The translations under genes were made by a program, and so were the position numbers. Positions 30,775 through 40,615 of a stretch of 64,000 bases of DNA are shown here, in pieces (position 1 is the stretch's first letter; each line of letters opens with the position of its first letter). The stretch comes from Opitutales bacterium (GTDB lineage: Bacteria; Verrucomicrobiota; Verrucomicrobiia; Opitutales; UBA2987). The stretch spans positions 32,001 through 96,000 of the forward strand of contig CBDDEL010000010.1 of NCBI GenBank assembly GCA_965226885.1, given 5' to 3'. The notes under the pieces are model-generated. The model was not told the DNA's origin. It did no database searches and worked only from the letters and a program-made list of their open reading frames with translations.

Positions 30775-33174
30775 ATGGCAGATAACTCCGTAAACCGTTT
30801 GAGATGGGCCGTATTCCTGGTTTCTGCCGGCATTACCGCCTACCAGATAGCCTTGATGCAGATTTTGTCCTATTTGCAATGGTATCATTTCGCCTATTTG
30901 GTTGTTTCGCTGGCGCTGCTCGGTTTCGGAACCAGCGGAACCATTTTGGCCTTATGGCGAACCTTTTTTATTGTACACAAGGTAGTCCTCATACCCTGGC
31001 TTCTGATCGCCTGCGGGCTGGCCATGCCCTGGGCTCTGAACCTTTCCCAAACCGTTGGCATAAGGTGCGATGTTTATCTTCTTTTCGTTGATAAAACCCA
31101 AATCTGGCGCTTGGCATCATCATCTCTGCTTTATTTGACACCCTTTTTGCTAGGTGCCCTGGTTATCGGCCTGGCCCTTATTACGGAAAAGAAAGATGTC
31201 GGAAAACTGTATTGCGCAAACCTCATCGGCTCGGGAGCCGGTGGACTGGCGGGGCTGATTTTAACGGCCCTGTTCCTGCCCGAAGACCTTCCGGCCATAA
31301 TCGGGTTGGGTCCGGTTTCCGGCGGCCTCATTCTGGTTTCAAGCGGAAAATGGCGGGAACCGGCTTTGATGGCCGCGCTCGCGGTCGGCTCCGTTTTTCT
31401 TCTGATTGTATTTCCGGGCAGGTTCGCTCCCTCCCAGTTCAAGGACATTAGCCGCGCACTGAATGCGCCGGATGCAAGTATTATCCGTCAAATGCCAAGC
31501 CCCAGAGGGTTGGTCCAAGTAGTCGCTTCCTCTTCCCTGCGACATGCGCCCGGATTAAGCCTGAATTTTCGCGGCTCTCTGCCAGTTCCCGATATTGTGT
31601 TTGTGGACGGCAACGCCTCGGGCGCCTTGCCGTCCGCAGATGGCAAGCTCTTTGACCCGCCAAGTCTGTTTGATTACACAACGGAAATTCTCGGTTATGC
31701 AATGGCTGAAAAAGGTGGCAGGGCGCTCCTTCTGCAACCCGCAGGCGAAGAACCCATAGCGCAGGCAATCACTCATAAAATGAGAGAAATCGTAGTGGTT
31801 GAACCGCATAGCGAGATTTACAAATTTTATGAAGCGATGGCTGGGCGCGAGATGGGAAAAGCCCCGCATCCCTTTCAACTGATAATCGAAAATGCGGATC
31901 CCCGGCAGTTCCTGTCACAACAACATGAAGAATTCGAAATTATCCGGTTCCCCACTATCGGCTCTTTTGGGGGTTCGGTCGGACTCCAGGCCTTAAGCGC
32001 GCAATTTCTACTGACCAAGGAATCGTTTCGCCTGGCATGGGAGAGATTGAGCCACAACGGCATTATCCTGATTACCTGCTGGATGGATTATCCGGTTAAA
32101 ACTTCCTTGAAAATAGCGGCCACACTGGCGGAAGTTTTGGATGAATTGGAAATTAATGAACCGGAGAATCACCTGGCGGCAATTCGCAGTTGGGGGTCCA
32201 TCACCTTTGCCATGACCAAATCGCCTCTTTCCAGGGAGCAAACAATGGCTATTCGGGAGGAGTGCGCTAAACTGTTCTTCGATCCTTTGCTTCTGCCGCA
32301 CCTGGACAAAGAGGAACGCCAAATCCACAATTCGCTGGCGGACGAAAGTTTTTTTGAAACCTTTTCCTCCATTCTCTCCGAAGACCGTGAGGCAGTCTAT
32401 AGTGATTACGCTTTTAAACTGCAGCCGCCCACAGATAATAAACCGTTTTTTTACCAGTTTCTGAGATGGTCCTATCTTCCGGCTTTAGTGGAAACCTTCG
32501 GCTTGCAAGGCGCTCCTTTTTTTGAACTGGGATCATTAATTCTGGCCATTAATCTGGTCCTGCTCGGAATTCTCGCGTTGGTTTTGATTATTTTACCATT
32601 ATTCAAGCTTGGCCGGAGAACCGCGGGCAGAGCATGGACTTTTTTTTATTTCGGAAGTCTCGGAGCCGGTTTCATGCTGTTGGAAATCGTTCTCATGCAG
32701 AAACTCACCCTGTTCCTGGGCAACCCGGTAATCGCTGCCGCCGCAGCAATTTCCGGCCTCCTTTTTTTCTCCGGTTTGGGGAGCCTCTATTCCAGTCGAT
32801 TGAGGGCCAATGCCCTAAACCTGCGCCGTTCGACTTGCTTCGTGAGCCTGTTCATCGCAATATTCGCCATTTCCATCATAATCCTGCAACGAACCGGCAG
32901 CCACCTGGCAACTCCAGTGCTGTGGGCGTCCATTTTTATTCTGGTCGTTCCTTTGGGGTTTTTCATGGGCATCCCTTTTCCCGTTGGGCTGAGAGCGCTG
33001 GAAAAAAAATATCCGGCCCAGCTTCCCTGGGCCTGGGGAATCAATGGCTGTTTCTCGGTTGTCAGCCCGGCCATGGGATTGGCCGTTGCTTTGCATGCCG
33101 GATTCAATGCCGTCTTCGTATTGGCAGCCATCGCTTACCTTCTGGCCGCTGGGGTAAACTTAAAAAAACATTGA
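30775..33174 (+). CDS. Multi-TM membrane protein with a central spermidine synthase/methyltransferase-like domain
   Basis: Two TM blocks (LYCANLIGSGAG; WAWGINGCFSV) flank a soluble domain. PPTDNKPFF motif. Confidence 0.75.
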   Translation: MADNSVNRLRWAVFLVSAGITAYQIALMQILSYLQWYHFAYLVVSLALLGFGTSGTILALWRTFFIVHKVVLIPWLLIACGLAMPWALNLSQTVGIRCDVYLLFVDKTQIWRLASSSLLYLTPFLLGALVIGLALITEKKDVGKLYCANLIGSGAGGLAGLILTALFLPEDLPAIIGLGPVSGGLILVSSGKWREPALMAALAVGSVFLLIVFPGRFAPSQFKDISRALNAPDASIIRQMPSPRGLVQVVASSSLRHAPGLSLNFRGSLPVPDIVFVDGNASGALPSADGKLFDPPSLFDYTTEILGYAMAEKGGRALLLQPAGEEPIAQAITHKMREIVVVEPHSEIYKFYEAMAGREMGKAPHPFQLIIENADPRQFLSQQHEEFEIIRFPTIGSFGGSVGLQALSAQFLLTKESFRLAWERLSHNGIILITCWMDYPVKTSLKIAATLAEVLDELEINEPENHLAAIRSWGSITFAMTKSPLSREQTMAIREECAKLFFDPLLLPHLDKEERQIHNSLADESFFETFSSILSEDREAVYSDYAFKLQPPTDNKPFFYQFLRWSYLPALVETFGLQGAPFFELGSLILAINLVLLGILALVLIILPLFKLGRRTAGRAWTFFYFGSLGAGFMLLEIVLMQKLTLFLGNPVIAAAAAISGLLFFSGLGSLYSSRLRANALNLRRSTCFVSLFIAIFAISIIILQRTGSHLATPVLWASIFILVVPLGFFMGIPFPVGLRALEKKYPAQLPWAWGINGCFSVVSPAMGLAVALHAGFNAVFVLAAIAYLLAAGVNLKKH

Positions 33175-33183
33175 TCAATTTTC

Positions 33184-33909
33184 ATGCTGATGAAAGAATC
33201 CTTTGATAAGAATCGGTTAAATTCCACTCAAAAGGCGGCCCTAAGAGAGCATCTGGCAACCTTTGTAACCGATCGAAGAAAAGCTTTGATTGAGCGTTTG
33301 GGGCGTGAACGCACCCGCTACGTAACGGTCGTAATGGAAGATATATTTCAACCGCACAACGCAAGCGCCGCTATTCGATCCTGCGAGTGTTTTGGAGTTC
33401 AGGACATCCACATTATCGAAAATCGTTTCGAATACAGGATGAACCCGGATGTGATCATGGGGGCCGGCAAGTGGGTAAATTTATTACGTTATAAGGACCC
33501 GGATTCCAATAACACAACGAGTTGTCTGGAAACTTTAAAATCAAAAGGCTACAGGTTGGCGGCCACCGTACCGGACAAGGATGCCCTGCCACTTCCCCAA
33601 ATGCCTTTGGATCAAAAAATTGCCCTCATGTTCGGCACGGAAGAGGAGGGCCTTAGCCCAGAAGCCCTCGATTTGGCGGATTTGCGCATAACCATACCCA
33701 TGTCCGGATTCACCCAAAGTTTCAATCTATCGGTGAGCGTATCGCTGTGCCTTTATGATATCTGCGCCCGACTCCGGGCCGGGAACGAGGATTGGCGTTT
33801 GTCCTCTCAGGAGCGGTTGGATGTAGAACTGGCTTGGCTGCTCGCATCTGTCAAAAATCCGGAGATCATCTGCCGCAAGTTTATAAAACATATGCAGAAT
33901 GCATCCTGA
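33184..33909 (+). CDS. trmH: tRNA G18 2'-O-methyltransferase (SpoU family)
   Basis: HNASAAIRSCECFG, FGTEEEG, IPMSGFTQSFNLSVS. Confidence 0.88.
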   Translation: MLMKESFDKNRLNSTQKAALREHLATFVTDRRKALIERLGRERTRYVTVVMEDIFQPHNASAAIRSCECFGVQDIHIIENRFEYRMNPDVIMGAGKWVNLLRYKDPDSNNTTSCLETLKSKGYRLAATVPDKDALPLPQMPLDQKIALMFGTEEEGLSPEALDLADLRITIPMSGFTQSFNLSVSVSLCLYDICARLRAGNEDWRLSSQERLDVELAWLLASVKNPEIICRKFIKHMQNAS

Positions 33910-33919
33910 TACCGATCAT

Positions 33920-34675
33920 TCACTCGATTACAATTCCCATCGGACAATGGTCGGAGCCACCGACGTGAGGAGAAATAAAAGCATCCTTCAACTTGGGGCG
34001 GAGTATTTTTGATAGGCAAAAATAATCGATTCTCCACCCCACATTGCGCTCTCTCGAATTGGCCCTATAACTCCACCATGTATAGTTGCCTCCATCTTGA
34101 TTGAATTCCCGAAAGGTGTCCAAAAAGCCGGCATTTATGTAGTTGCTCATGCCTGCCCGCTCCTCGTCTGTAAACCCGGCGTTGCGCCGATTCGATTTTG
34201 GATTGGCCAGATCGATTTCCCTGTGGGCAACATTGAGGTCGCCACAAAAAATCACCGGCTTGGTTTTTTCCAGTGATTTCAGGTATTTCAGAAATGCGAC
34301 ATCCCAAACTTCAGAGCGGTAGGCGAGGCGCGACAGGTCCCGTTTGGCATTTGGGGTGTATACATTAATCAGGAAATGTTCCGCAAATTCCAGGGTGAGG
34401 ACGCGGCCTTCGGAATCTCCTTGAGCATCGCCAATGCCGGTTGTCACGTTAATGGGTTGCTTGCGGCAAAGCGACAAAGTCCCCGCATAACCCGGTTTTT
34501 GCGCCGGATTCCAATAGGAAACAAAACCGTTGGGCCATTCAATCGCGACCTGGTCCGGGCGCGCCCTTATTTCCTGCAGGCATAGAATGTCGAAATCGGT
34601 TCCCACCATGAAATCCATGAAGCCCTTTTTAAGCACTGAGCGCAGCCCGTTAACATTCCAGGAAATCAATTTCAT
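33920..34675 (-). CDS. xth: Exodeoxyribonuclease III / AP endonuclease
   Basis: Start MKLISWNVNGLR at 34675. LQE, GDLNVAH, WWSYR, GWRIDY, SDHCP. Confidence 0.95.
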   Translation of the reverse strand: MKLISWNVNGLRSVLKKGFMDFMVGTDFDILCLQEIRARPDQVAIEWPNGFVSYWNPAQKPGYAGTLSLCRKQPINVTTGIGDAQGDSEGRVLTLEFAEHFLINVYTPNAKRDLSRLAYRSEVWDVAFLKYLKSLEKTKPVIFCGDLNVAHREIDLANPKSNRRNAGFTDEERAGMSNYINAGFLDTFREFNQDGGNYTWWSYRANSRERNVGWRIDYFCLSKILRPKLKDAFISPHVGGSDHCPMGIVIE

Positions 34676-34695
34676 ATATATATATTCATTTATAA

Positions 34696-35226
34696 CTAAC
34701 TTGTTGATAATTTGTTTTTTTTCTCTCTTTTTCTGCGTTTGCGGAGTATTTTTTTGAGTTTCTTGCGGCTGTCTGAGCCAACGATATAACCAGCGCAAAT
34801 GTCGCTTCCGCATTTGCAGGGATGGTCCAGAAAATGCTCCAAATCGTAATGGTAATCGTAGCTAAGTTCTTTTCCTTTCTCAATCTTGCGAATGGATACA
34901 ATCCAAATACGGCCTTTAATTTGCCGTGCTTCACAACAGGGGTCGCAGGAATGGTTGATTAAACGGGCAGTATTTTCAGGCACATTGCCGTCGATATCGT
35001 ACCTTTTATTGAGTTGAAAAATATAGACGATGCCTTCCCCTGAAATATTTGAAGATTCGAGCAGGGCGAGGCCGCGGCGGTTGGCTTCTGCCTTGGTAAT
35101 TTTTTCGCCAATATATTCGATAATTCTCGTTTCCTCCGGGATATCCCGGGCCGCGAATATTCCTTTATTATGAATTCGTGAGGAACCGATTTTCCAGAGC
35201 GGGTTTTCCGTTTGGTTCATATTCAA
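34696..35226 (-). CDS. SET-domain lysine methyltransferase with post-SET motif and basic tail
   Basis: GIFA, IIEYIGE, RLINHSC, ELSYDY, post-SET CKCGSDIC. Confidence 0.9.
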   Translation of the reverse strand: MNMNQTENPLWKIGSSRIHNKGIFAARDIPEETRIIEYIGEKITKAEANRRGLALLESSNISGEGIVYIFQLNKRYDIDGNVPENTARLINHSCDPCCEARQIKGRIWIVSIRKIEKGKELSYDYHYDLEHFLDHPCKCGSDICAGYIVGSDSRKKLKKILRKRRKREKKNKLSTS

Positions 35227-35341
35227 TATTCCTAAGATATCTTCAGGTTGCCAATGTTATGGACACTGGGATTGTTATGCTCGAAACATCATTTTTTACT
35301 TAATTGATCGAGAAGGATGCAGCCGATTATTTTGGAATAAA

Positions 35342-35641
35342 TCAGCACCGCCATGGTGTAAGCAAAAAATTTTCCAAAATCGCGCGCCGCCGGGTTGGAG
35401 GTGAAGAATAGTCCCGGCACCTTGCTTTGGAAATGTAATCTTCAATGGTATGGCCGCCTATGGGGTCGAAATGCCAGTTGGTTACTTCCAGAAAGCTTTG
35501 CCCTTCGGGAATGTTATGTTGCCAGCAATCCATCACATTTCCAACCACCAGGTAGTCCAATCTGTGGTGTTGAGCGCAAACCCCAAGCCCTAATCCATAG
35601 GTTCCGGCGCCAATGATTAGCAAAGGTACTTTAACGCTCAT
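35342..35641 (-). pseudogene. N-terminal fragment of an FAD-dependent oxidoreductase
   Basis: IIGAGTYGLG Rossmann start; the ORF ends after 99 aa. Confidence 0.55.
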
Positions 35642-36259
35642 TTTCCGTACCAGACATCGATTTTATGTTTTTCAATCAAATAGACCTCGCTCTGAAAAAC
35701 CTAATACCCGATTAATTCCGGTAACAAGTTCAAATTACCGTTGCCGAAGAATAATTTGGCCTATATGTCAAATTTTCCCACTGTAGCTTCCCGTGCGTTA
35801 GAAGAAAAGAATAAAAAAATCTCACGGATCCACAAAGACACCCAGTCTTTAAGAGCAAAGTAAAGGTCTCTTGCCCGGATGGTTGTTTCCTGTTGGCTGC
35901 ATGGCCCCGCCATCGGCGTTAGGTTCAACTTTCAGACAGCACCTTAGACCATTGGGCGTTCACTGTAGAAAATGTCTCCGGGCTATTGGCTCACGGTCGC
36001 CAATTACGTATCCGATCACTCGCTTTTGTTCACAAGAATCGACGGGACCGGGCCGATGATCGACGATCTGGAATGGGATGTAAAACTGTATCTGGCCATC
36101 AGCGGGGCGATCTATGATACCGGGAGGGGGAAAATTTTCTTCTTGTGGGAATTAAATGACGTTTTAAATTCCTGTTCGGGTGTGTCCTTTATTGACCGCT
36201 TTACCGAGAACACCTGCAACTTGGCTGTGTTTCATAAATAAAAATGGATTGCCGATAAT

Positions 36260-37801
36260 ATGAATTTTACGACTTTTAAGGATATGCTGGCTAGGATGTC
36301 GAATCGATGTCCGGAAAAAACTTTTTTGTACTGGGTTGATAAATGCAGAGCGCTTACCTACGGCGAAACTGATCGAATTTCCGATCGCATGGCAGGAGCT
36401 CTCGCCGCGCTCGGTATCGAAAAGGGCGATCGAGTAGGGATATTTGCGCATAACGGACTCGATTATATCGTATCGATGTTCGGTGCATGGAAGCTGGGCG
36501 CCATATCATGCCATATTAACGTGCTGCAAGCCGAGGACATTGCCTATTTTGTCCAGAATGCGACTCCAAAAGTACTAATCTATACACACGACATGTTTCA
36601 CCTAATCGATCGCAATCGGGACGCTATGCCGAGTATCAAACATTATGTCTGCATGGACGGAGAACAGGAGGGGGCGCTGGATTTTAATAAATGGTTGTCG
36701 GAAGCTCCCTGCGCCCCTGAGACCTGCGTTGAAGGCGGGGATGCCGCTCATTTGTCCTATACATCCGGGTCGTCGGGAATGCCCAAGGGCGCTCTTTTGG
36801 CCCACGGCCCAACGGCCCGAGCGACTCATTATATCGCTGAAAGAATGGAACTGGCCAGTGATTGCGTTACACTCGGCCCGACCTCGCCGGCAAGTTCCTA
36901 TGGGCTCGTGGTCAATTTGCTACCAGCGCTTCACCGGGGCGCGACGGTTGGGTTGATGTCGAGGTGGGATGCTGCCAACGCATGGGAAGACATGGAAAAG
37001 CGAGGCGTAAATTATTTTCCCGCCAATCCGCTGGTGTTTGCGGATTTTCTTCACGAATGCCGCCGAAGAGGCCGAAAGCCGGCCAAACTTAGAGTGGCCC
37101 CCTCTGGAGGCGCTCCGCTACCCATTGATCTGAAAAAAGCGTATTGGGAAGAATTCGAAATTTTTGTGGTTGAGAGTTACGGCCAAAGTGAGCTGGGTGG
37201 ATTTGTCGCTTTGGGATACCCCCGAAAAGAGAAAGAGGAGCAGAAGGCGGCCATTGGTCCGTGCCTGCCGGACAAGGAAGTTTGCATAATGGATGAGAGT
37301 GAAAGGAAAGTTCCAGTGGGGCAAGCGGGAGAAATGTGCATCCGTGGCGGTTATATGATCGGGTATTGGGAAATGCCGGAAAAAACCGATGAGGTTCTGC
37401 GAGATGGTTGGCTGCATACCGGGGACATGGGGAAAATGGACGAAGAAGGATATATTTCAATGCTCGGACGCTGGAGCGAGCGAATGGTTAGCGATGGCAA
37501 AGTCATATTTCCTCGCCCCATGGAAGAAGCGCTTTTGCGGCATCCCGCGGTTCAGTATGCGGCCGTTATCGGCAAACCGGATGCGCAAGCGGGAGAAGTG
37601 CCAAAGGGCGTCGTTTCCCTCCATCCTGGGCTGGAAGCGGGGCCGGAGGAGCTTCTGGAACATTGCCGGATGGACTTGGGCGCAGCCAGCGCTCCCGTCG
37701 AGATCGAGATTGTGGACGAAATGCCTATGACTGCAACCGGCAAGATCGGCCGGGCAATACTGCAAAGGCGCGAGCGAGAGCGAAAAACGCCCAACTTATG
37801 A
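36260..37801 (+). CDS. AMP-binding acyl-CoA synthetase (ANL family)
   Basis: YTSGSSGMPKG, SYGQSE, WLHTGD, PMTATGKI. Confidence 0.92.
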   Translation: MNFTTFKDMLARMSNRCPEKTFLYWVDKCRALTYGETDRISDRMAGALAALGIEKGDRVGIFAHNGLDYIVSMFGAWKLGAISCHINVLQAEDIAYFVQNATPKVLIYTHDMFHLIDRNRDAMPSIKHYVCMDGEQEGALDFNKWLSEAPCAPETCVEGGDAAHLSYTSGSSGMPKGALLAHGPTARATHYIAERMELASDCVTLGPTSPASSYGLVVNLLPALHRGATVGLMSRWDAANAWEDMEKRGVNYFPANPLVFADFLHECRRRGRKPAKLRVAPSGGAPLPIDLKKAYWEEFEIFVVESYGQSELGGFVALGYPRKEKEEQKAAIGPCLPDKEVCIMDESERKVPVGQAGEMCIRGGYMIGYWEMPEKTDEVLRDGWLHTGDMGKMDEEGYISMLGRWSERMVSDGKVIFPRPMEEALLRHPAVQYAAVIGKPDAQAGEVPKGVVSLHPGLEAGPEELLEHCRMDLGAASAPVEIEIVDEMPMTATGKIGRAILQRRERERKTPNL

Positions 37802-37845
37802 TACAACGGTTCCGATTGATCGGATTGGGGATGGCCCGGTGTGCC

Positions 37846-38436
37846 TCAAGAGGGCGAGCGGGTAACGTTCAGGCTGTCTCCGGGATAAACCTTGTAATCT
37901 TTGTCCGGGTTTCTCAGGGCCGATTTGGCATCAACCACATAGGTTTTCGAGTCCCTGGTTAAAAGGACACCTGATTTTTTTCCGTAAATATTGAATCCAC
38001 CGGCTTCCTGGATGGCTTTATTGAGCGTCAGGTTCGGGCTCCATAAAACTCTGCCTGGTCGAACGACTTCGCCGCCAACATGGATGAATCGCTGAGTCAC
38101 CGCTACCGATACGTCAATCGACGTATAGATTTTCCGTTCGATATAAGTTTCGCGGACCCTTAGGGCAATTTCCGACTCGGTCAGACCGGCCACCTCAACC
38201 TGCCCGATGTATGGCAGGGAGATAAACCCCTGATCGTCGATCTGCACGGGTACACTAGCGGCATCCGGAATACTTTGCAGACTGACGACAATGCCGTCGC
38301 CGGAGCGTAGGCCCACCGAGAAGGGAGGGAGAATGACAGAGACCGCGTCGGAGGATGTGCTCTCGCAACCACCGTAGAAGACAGCTATAAGGGACAATGG
38401 CAGAAACCATGCTGCAAACTGGGCTTTAACTAGCAT
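37846..38436 (-). CDS. Polysaccharide biosynthesis/export family lipoprotein (Poly_export + SLBB)
   Basis: Lipobox-like GGC, DDQGFISLPYIG..AGLT, VGGEV..PG, AIQEAGG, PGD. Confidence 0.85.
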   Translation of the reverse strand: MLVKAQFAAWFLPLSLIAVFYGGCESTSSDAVSVILPPFSVGLRSGDGIVVSLQSIPDAASVPVQIDDQGFISLPYIGQVEVAGLTESEIALRVRETYIERKIYTSIDVSVAVTQRFIHVGGEVVRPGRVLWSPNLTLNKAIQEAGGFNIYGKKSGVLLTRDSKTYVVDAKSALRNPDKDYKVYPGDSLNVTRSPS

Positions 38437-38537
38437 AATACAAAACTGGCGCTCGAAGTTGTTAATTGGCTCTACCAGATTGAGCAGGCGAGTCCAGTAT
38501 ATTCGAGATTCTCAAGTTCAGCCGAATGCCGATTGGC

Positions 38538-39290
38538 TTAATTGTCGTCTGTGCTGGCTTCTATCGATTCTTCATCCTCGAAATCCGTTATGTCATTGTC
38601 TTCGTCGGATTGAAAATCATCGGCATCCGCAACCGCATCTTCATCGACCCATTTCATGGTTTCATCTTCTTCAATTTTTTCCTCCACCAGATCGGGAATT
38701 TCCGAGAGGCTTTCGTCGCCATTCTGGGCGGGGGTGGATTCTTCTTCAAAATCCAACCCATAACCTTTTGGAACATATTCGAGGATGGTTGTGATTTGGG
38801 TGAAAAAATGAATATCATCCTCCTCGTAGTAGCCCAGCTTTTGCTGCTCACGAATTTCATCTTGGAGGTCTTCAATGGTCAAGGGTTGCTCGAAATCAAT
38901 CAAATCATTGAGCATTTTAACCCGTGATTTGGTAATTTGCTCGATAAAATCCGCATAAGGGCCCTTTTCTTCATCGAGGATGTCAGGCAGCGCAAAGAGC
39001 GGTTCCTCGCTTTCGAAAAAGGATTCTTTGATCCGCACCAGTTTGATGCAGCCTTCTTCGATTTCTCCATCAATGCCAAATTTAAAGAAAGCGTCATCCA
39101 GGATGTCGGGATCAAATCCATAGTCGCGCAAAGGCTCGCAAAGATCTATACTATGACCAATTTGGCTAGGGTCGATGATGCCGAGCCCGTCTACATCCCA
39201 GCGTTTTTCATCGCTGAGGCTTTCAACCCACCAGTTGTTGTCGTCTTTGAGCCGAATAATCGACCATTCCAGTTTAGGAGTGGTAGTCAT
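38538..39290 (-). CDS. Hypothetical highly acidic protein
   Basis: Long, coding-like D/E-rich ORF. Likely start MTTTPK. Confidence 0.7.
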   Translation of the reverse strand: MTTTPKLEWSIIRLKDDNNWWVESLSDEKRWDVDGLGIIDPSQIGHSIDLCEPLRDYGFDPDILDDAFFKFGIDGEIEEGCIKLVRIKESFFESEEPLFALPDILDEEKGPYADFIEQITKSRVKMLNDLIDFEQPLTIEDLQDEIREQQKLGYYEEDDIHFFTQITTILEYVPKGYGLDFEEESTPAQNGDESLSEIPDLVEEKIEEDETMKWVDEDAVADADDFQSDEDNDITDFEDEESIEASTDDN

Positions 39291-39502
39291 ATACGCGTGA
39301 GTTCGGGTAGATAATAAGGTAGGGCGTTTAAGTTGAAATGGGTCACATTTCATTTTTGAAATATCGGCTAATATCTTTGATTAACGCTTAGCAACATTGA
39401 AAGCATTTTTTTAAAAAAAACACGACCCTAGAAAATGTAAAGCCGCCATTTGGCCTTTACTGAGTTCTTGCCCTTTTTCCGAAGCTGTAGCAAATTAGGG
39501 AG

Positions 39503-40567
39503 ATGGGTCTATTTTATGAGAGGGTAGTCAGACCAGCGCTATTCATGCAGGATGCGGAAAGAGCGCACGAGGCTGCTGTTCTGGCTTTAAAACTGTTGCA
39601 TAAAAGTTCTCTCATTTGCAGCCTGCTCCATCGATTGAATCGAAACTCTCCGCATCGGCCCATTCAAATCTTCGGACTGGATTTTCCCAATGCCGTTGGC
39701 CTGGCTGCCGGATTGGATAAAAATGCCCAGTTCTGGCGCTCTTCGGCCGCCTTGGGTTTCGGGCATGTCGAGGTTGGCACCATTACATTGAAACCCCAGC
39801 CGGGCAATCCCCGCCCGCGCCTTTTTCGCTTTGTGGAAAATGAAGCCCTCATTAATCGTATGGGATTTAACAACGATGGGGCCGAGGCGGTCGCTGCCCA
39901 TTTGAAATCCGCCGGCGCGCACCGCTTCAGGCCCATCCCTTTGGGCATCAACATCGGCAAGTCGAAGAGCGCCGACTTGTCTTTGGCGGCCGAGGATTAC
40001 CTCGGTTCCTTTCACTATTTGGCTGATTATGCGGATTACTTTGCCATAAATGTGAGCAGCCCCAACACACCCGCCCTACGGCAGCTTCAGGGGCACAAAT
40101 ATTTGCCCGGATTATTAAAGACGATCCGCCAGGCCAACCTTGATCGCGCCCGCAAGCTAGGATTAAAGCCTATCCCGCTGCTGGTTAAGATTGCGCCGGA
40201 TCTCGATTTTCGGGAAATTGACAGCGTCCTGGCCGATGTAATGGATTTGGGTTACGACGGCATCATCGCCACTAATACGACTATTGAGCGTCCAGGCGCT
40301 CTTTCCAGCGTCAACGAGCCGGGCGGGTTGAGTGGAAAGCCGTTGCACAATCGGGCGGTTGGGGTAGTAAGCTACATCCACAAAGCCACTGCCGGTCGTC
40401 TGCCCATAATCGGTGTAGGCGGGATTTCCGATCCCGATTCTGCTGGACGGATGATTGATGCAGGAGCCTCCCTGGTGCAAATATACACCGGGCTAATTTA
40501 CAAAGGACCGTGTTTGCCGGCACAGATAGCCCGAGCCCTTGCCCCACAGCACGAACAGTGGGTTTAA
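39503..40567 (+). CDS. pyrD: Quinone-dependent dihydroorotate dehydrogenase (class 2)
   Basis: GLAAGLDK, NRMGFNN, NVSSPNT, KIAPD, GGLSG. Confidence 0.96.
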   Translation: MGLFYERVVRPALFMQDAERAHEAAVLALKLLHKSSLICSLLHRLNRNSPHRPIQIFGLDFPNAVGLAAGLDKNAQFWRSSAALGFGHVEVGTITLKPQPGNPRPRLFRFVENEALINRMGFNNDGAEAVAAHLKSAGAHRFRPIPLGINIGKSKSADLSLAAEDYLGSFHYLADYADYFAINVSSPNTPALRQLQGHKYLPGLLKTIRQANLDRARKLGLKPIPLLVKIAPDLDFREIDSVLADVMDLGYDGIIATNTTIERPGALSSVNEPGGLSGKPLHNRAVGVVSYIHKATAGRLPIIGVGGISDPDSAGRMIDAGASLVQIYTGLIYKGPCLPAQIARALAPQHEQWV

Positions 40568-40615
40568 TTGAAATATGCTGCAATTCTGGCGGTCTTTTCC
40601 CTTTTCCCTATCCCA

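Noticed and set aside
35871..36241. Short ORFs upstream of the acyl-CoA synthetase
   Set aside because: No recognisable motifs. Possibly a decayed gene, but not supportable.
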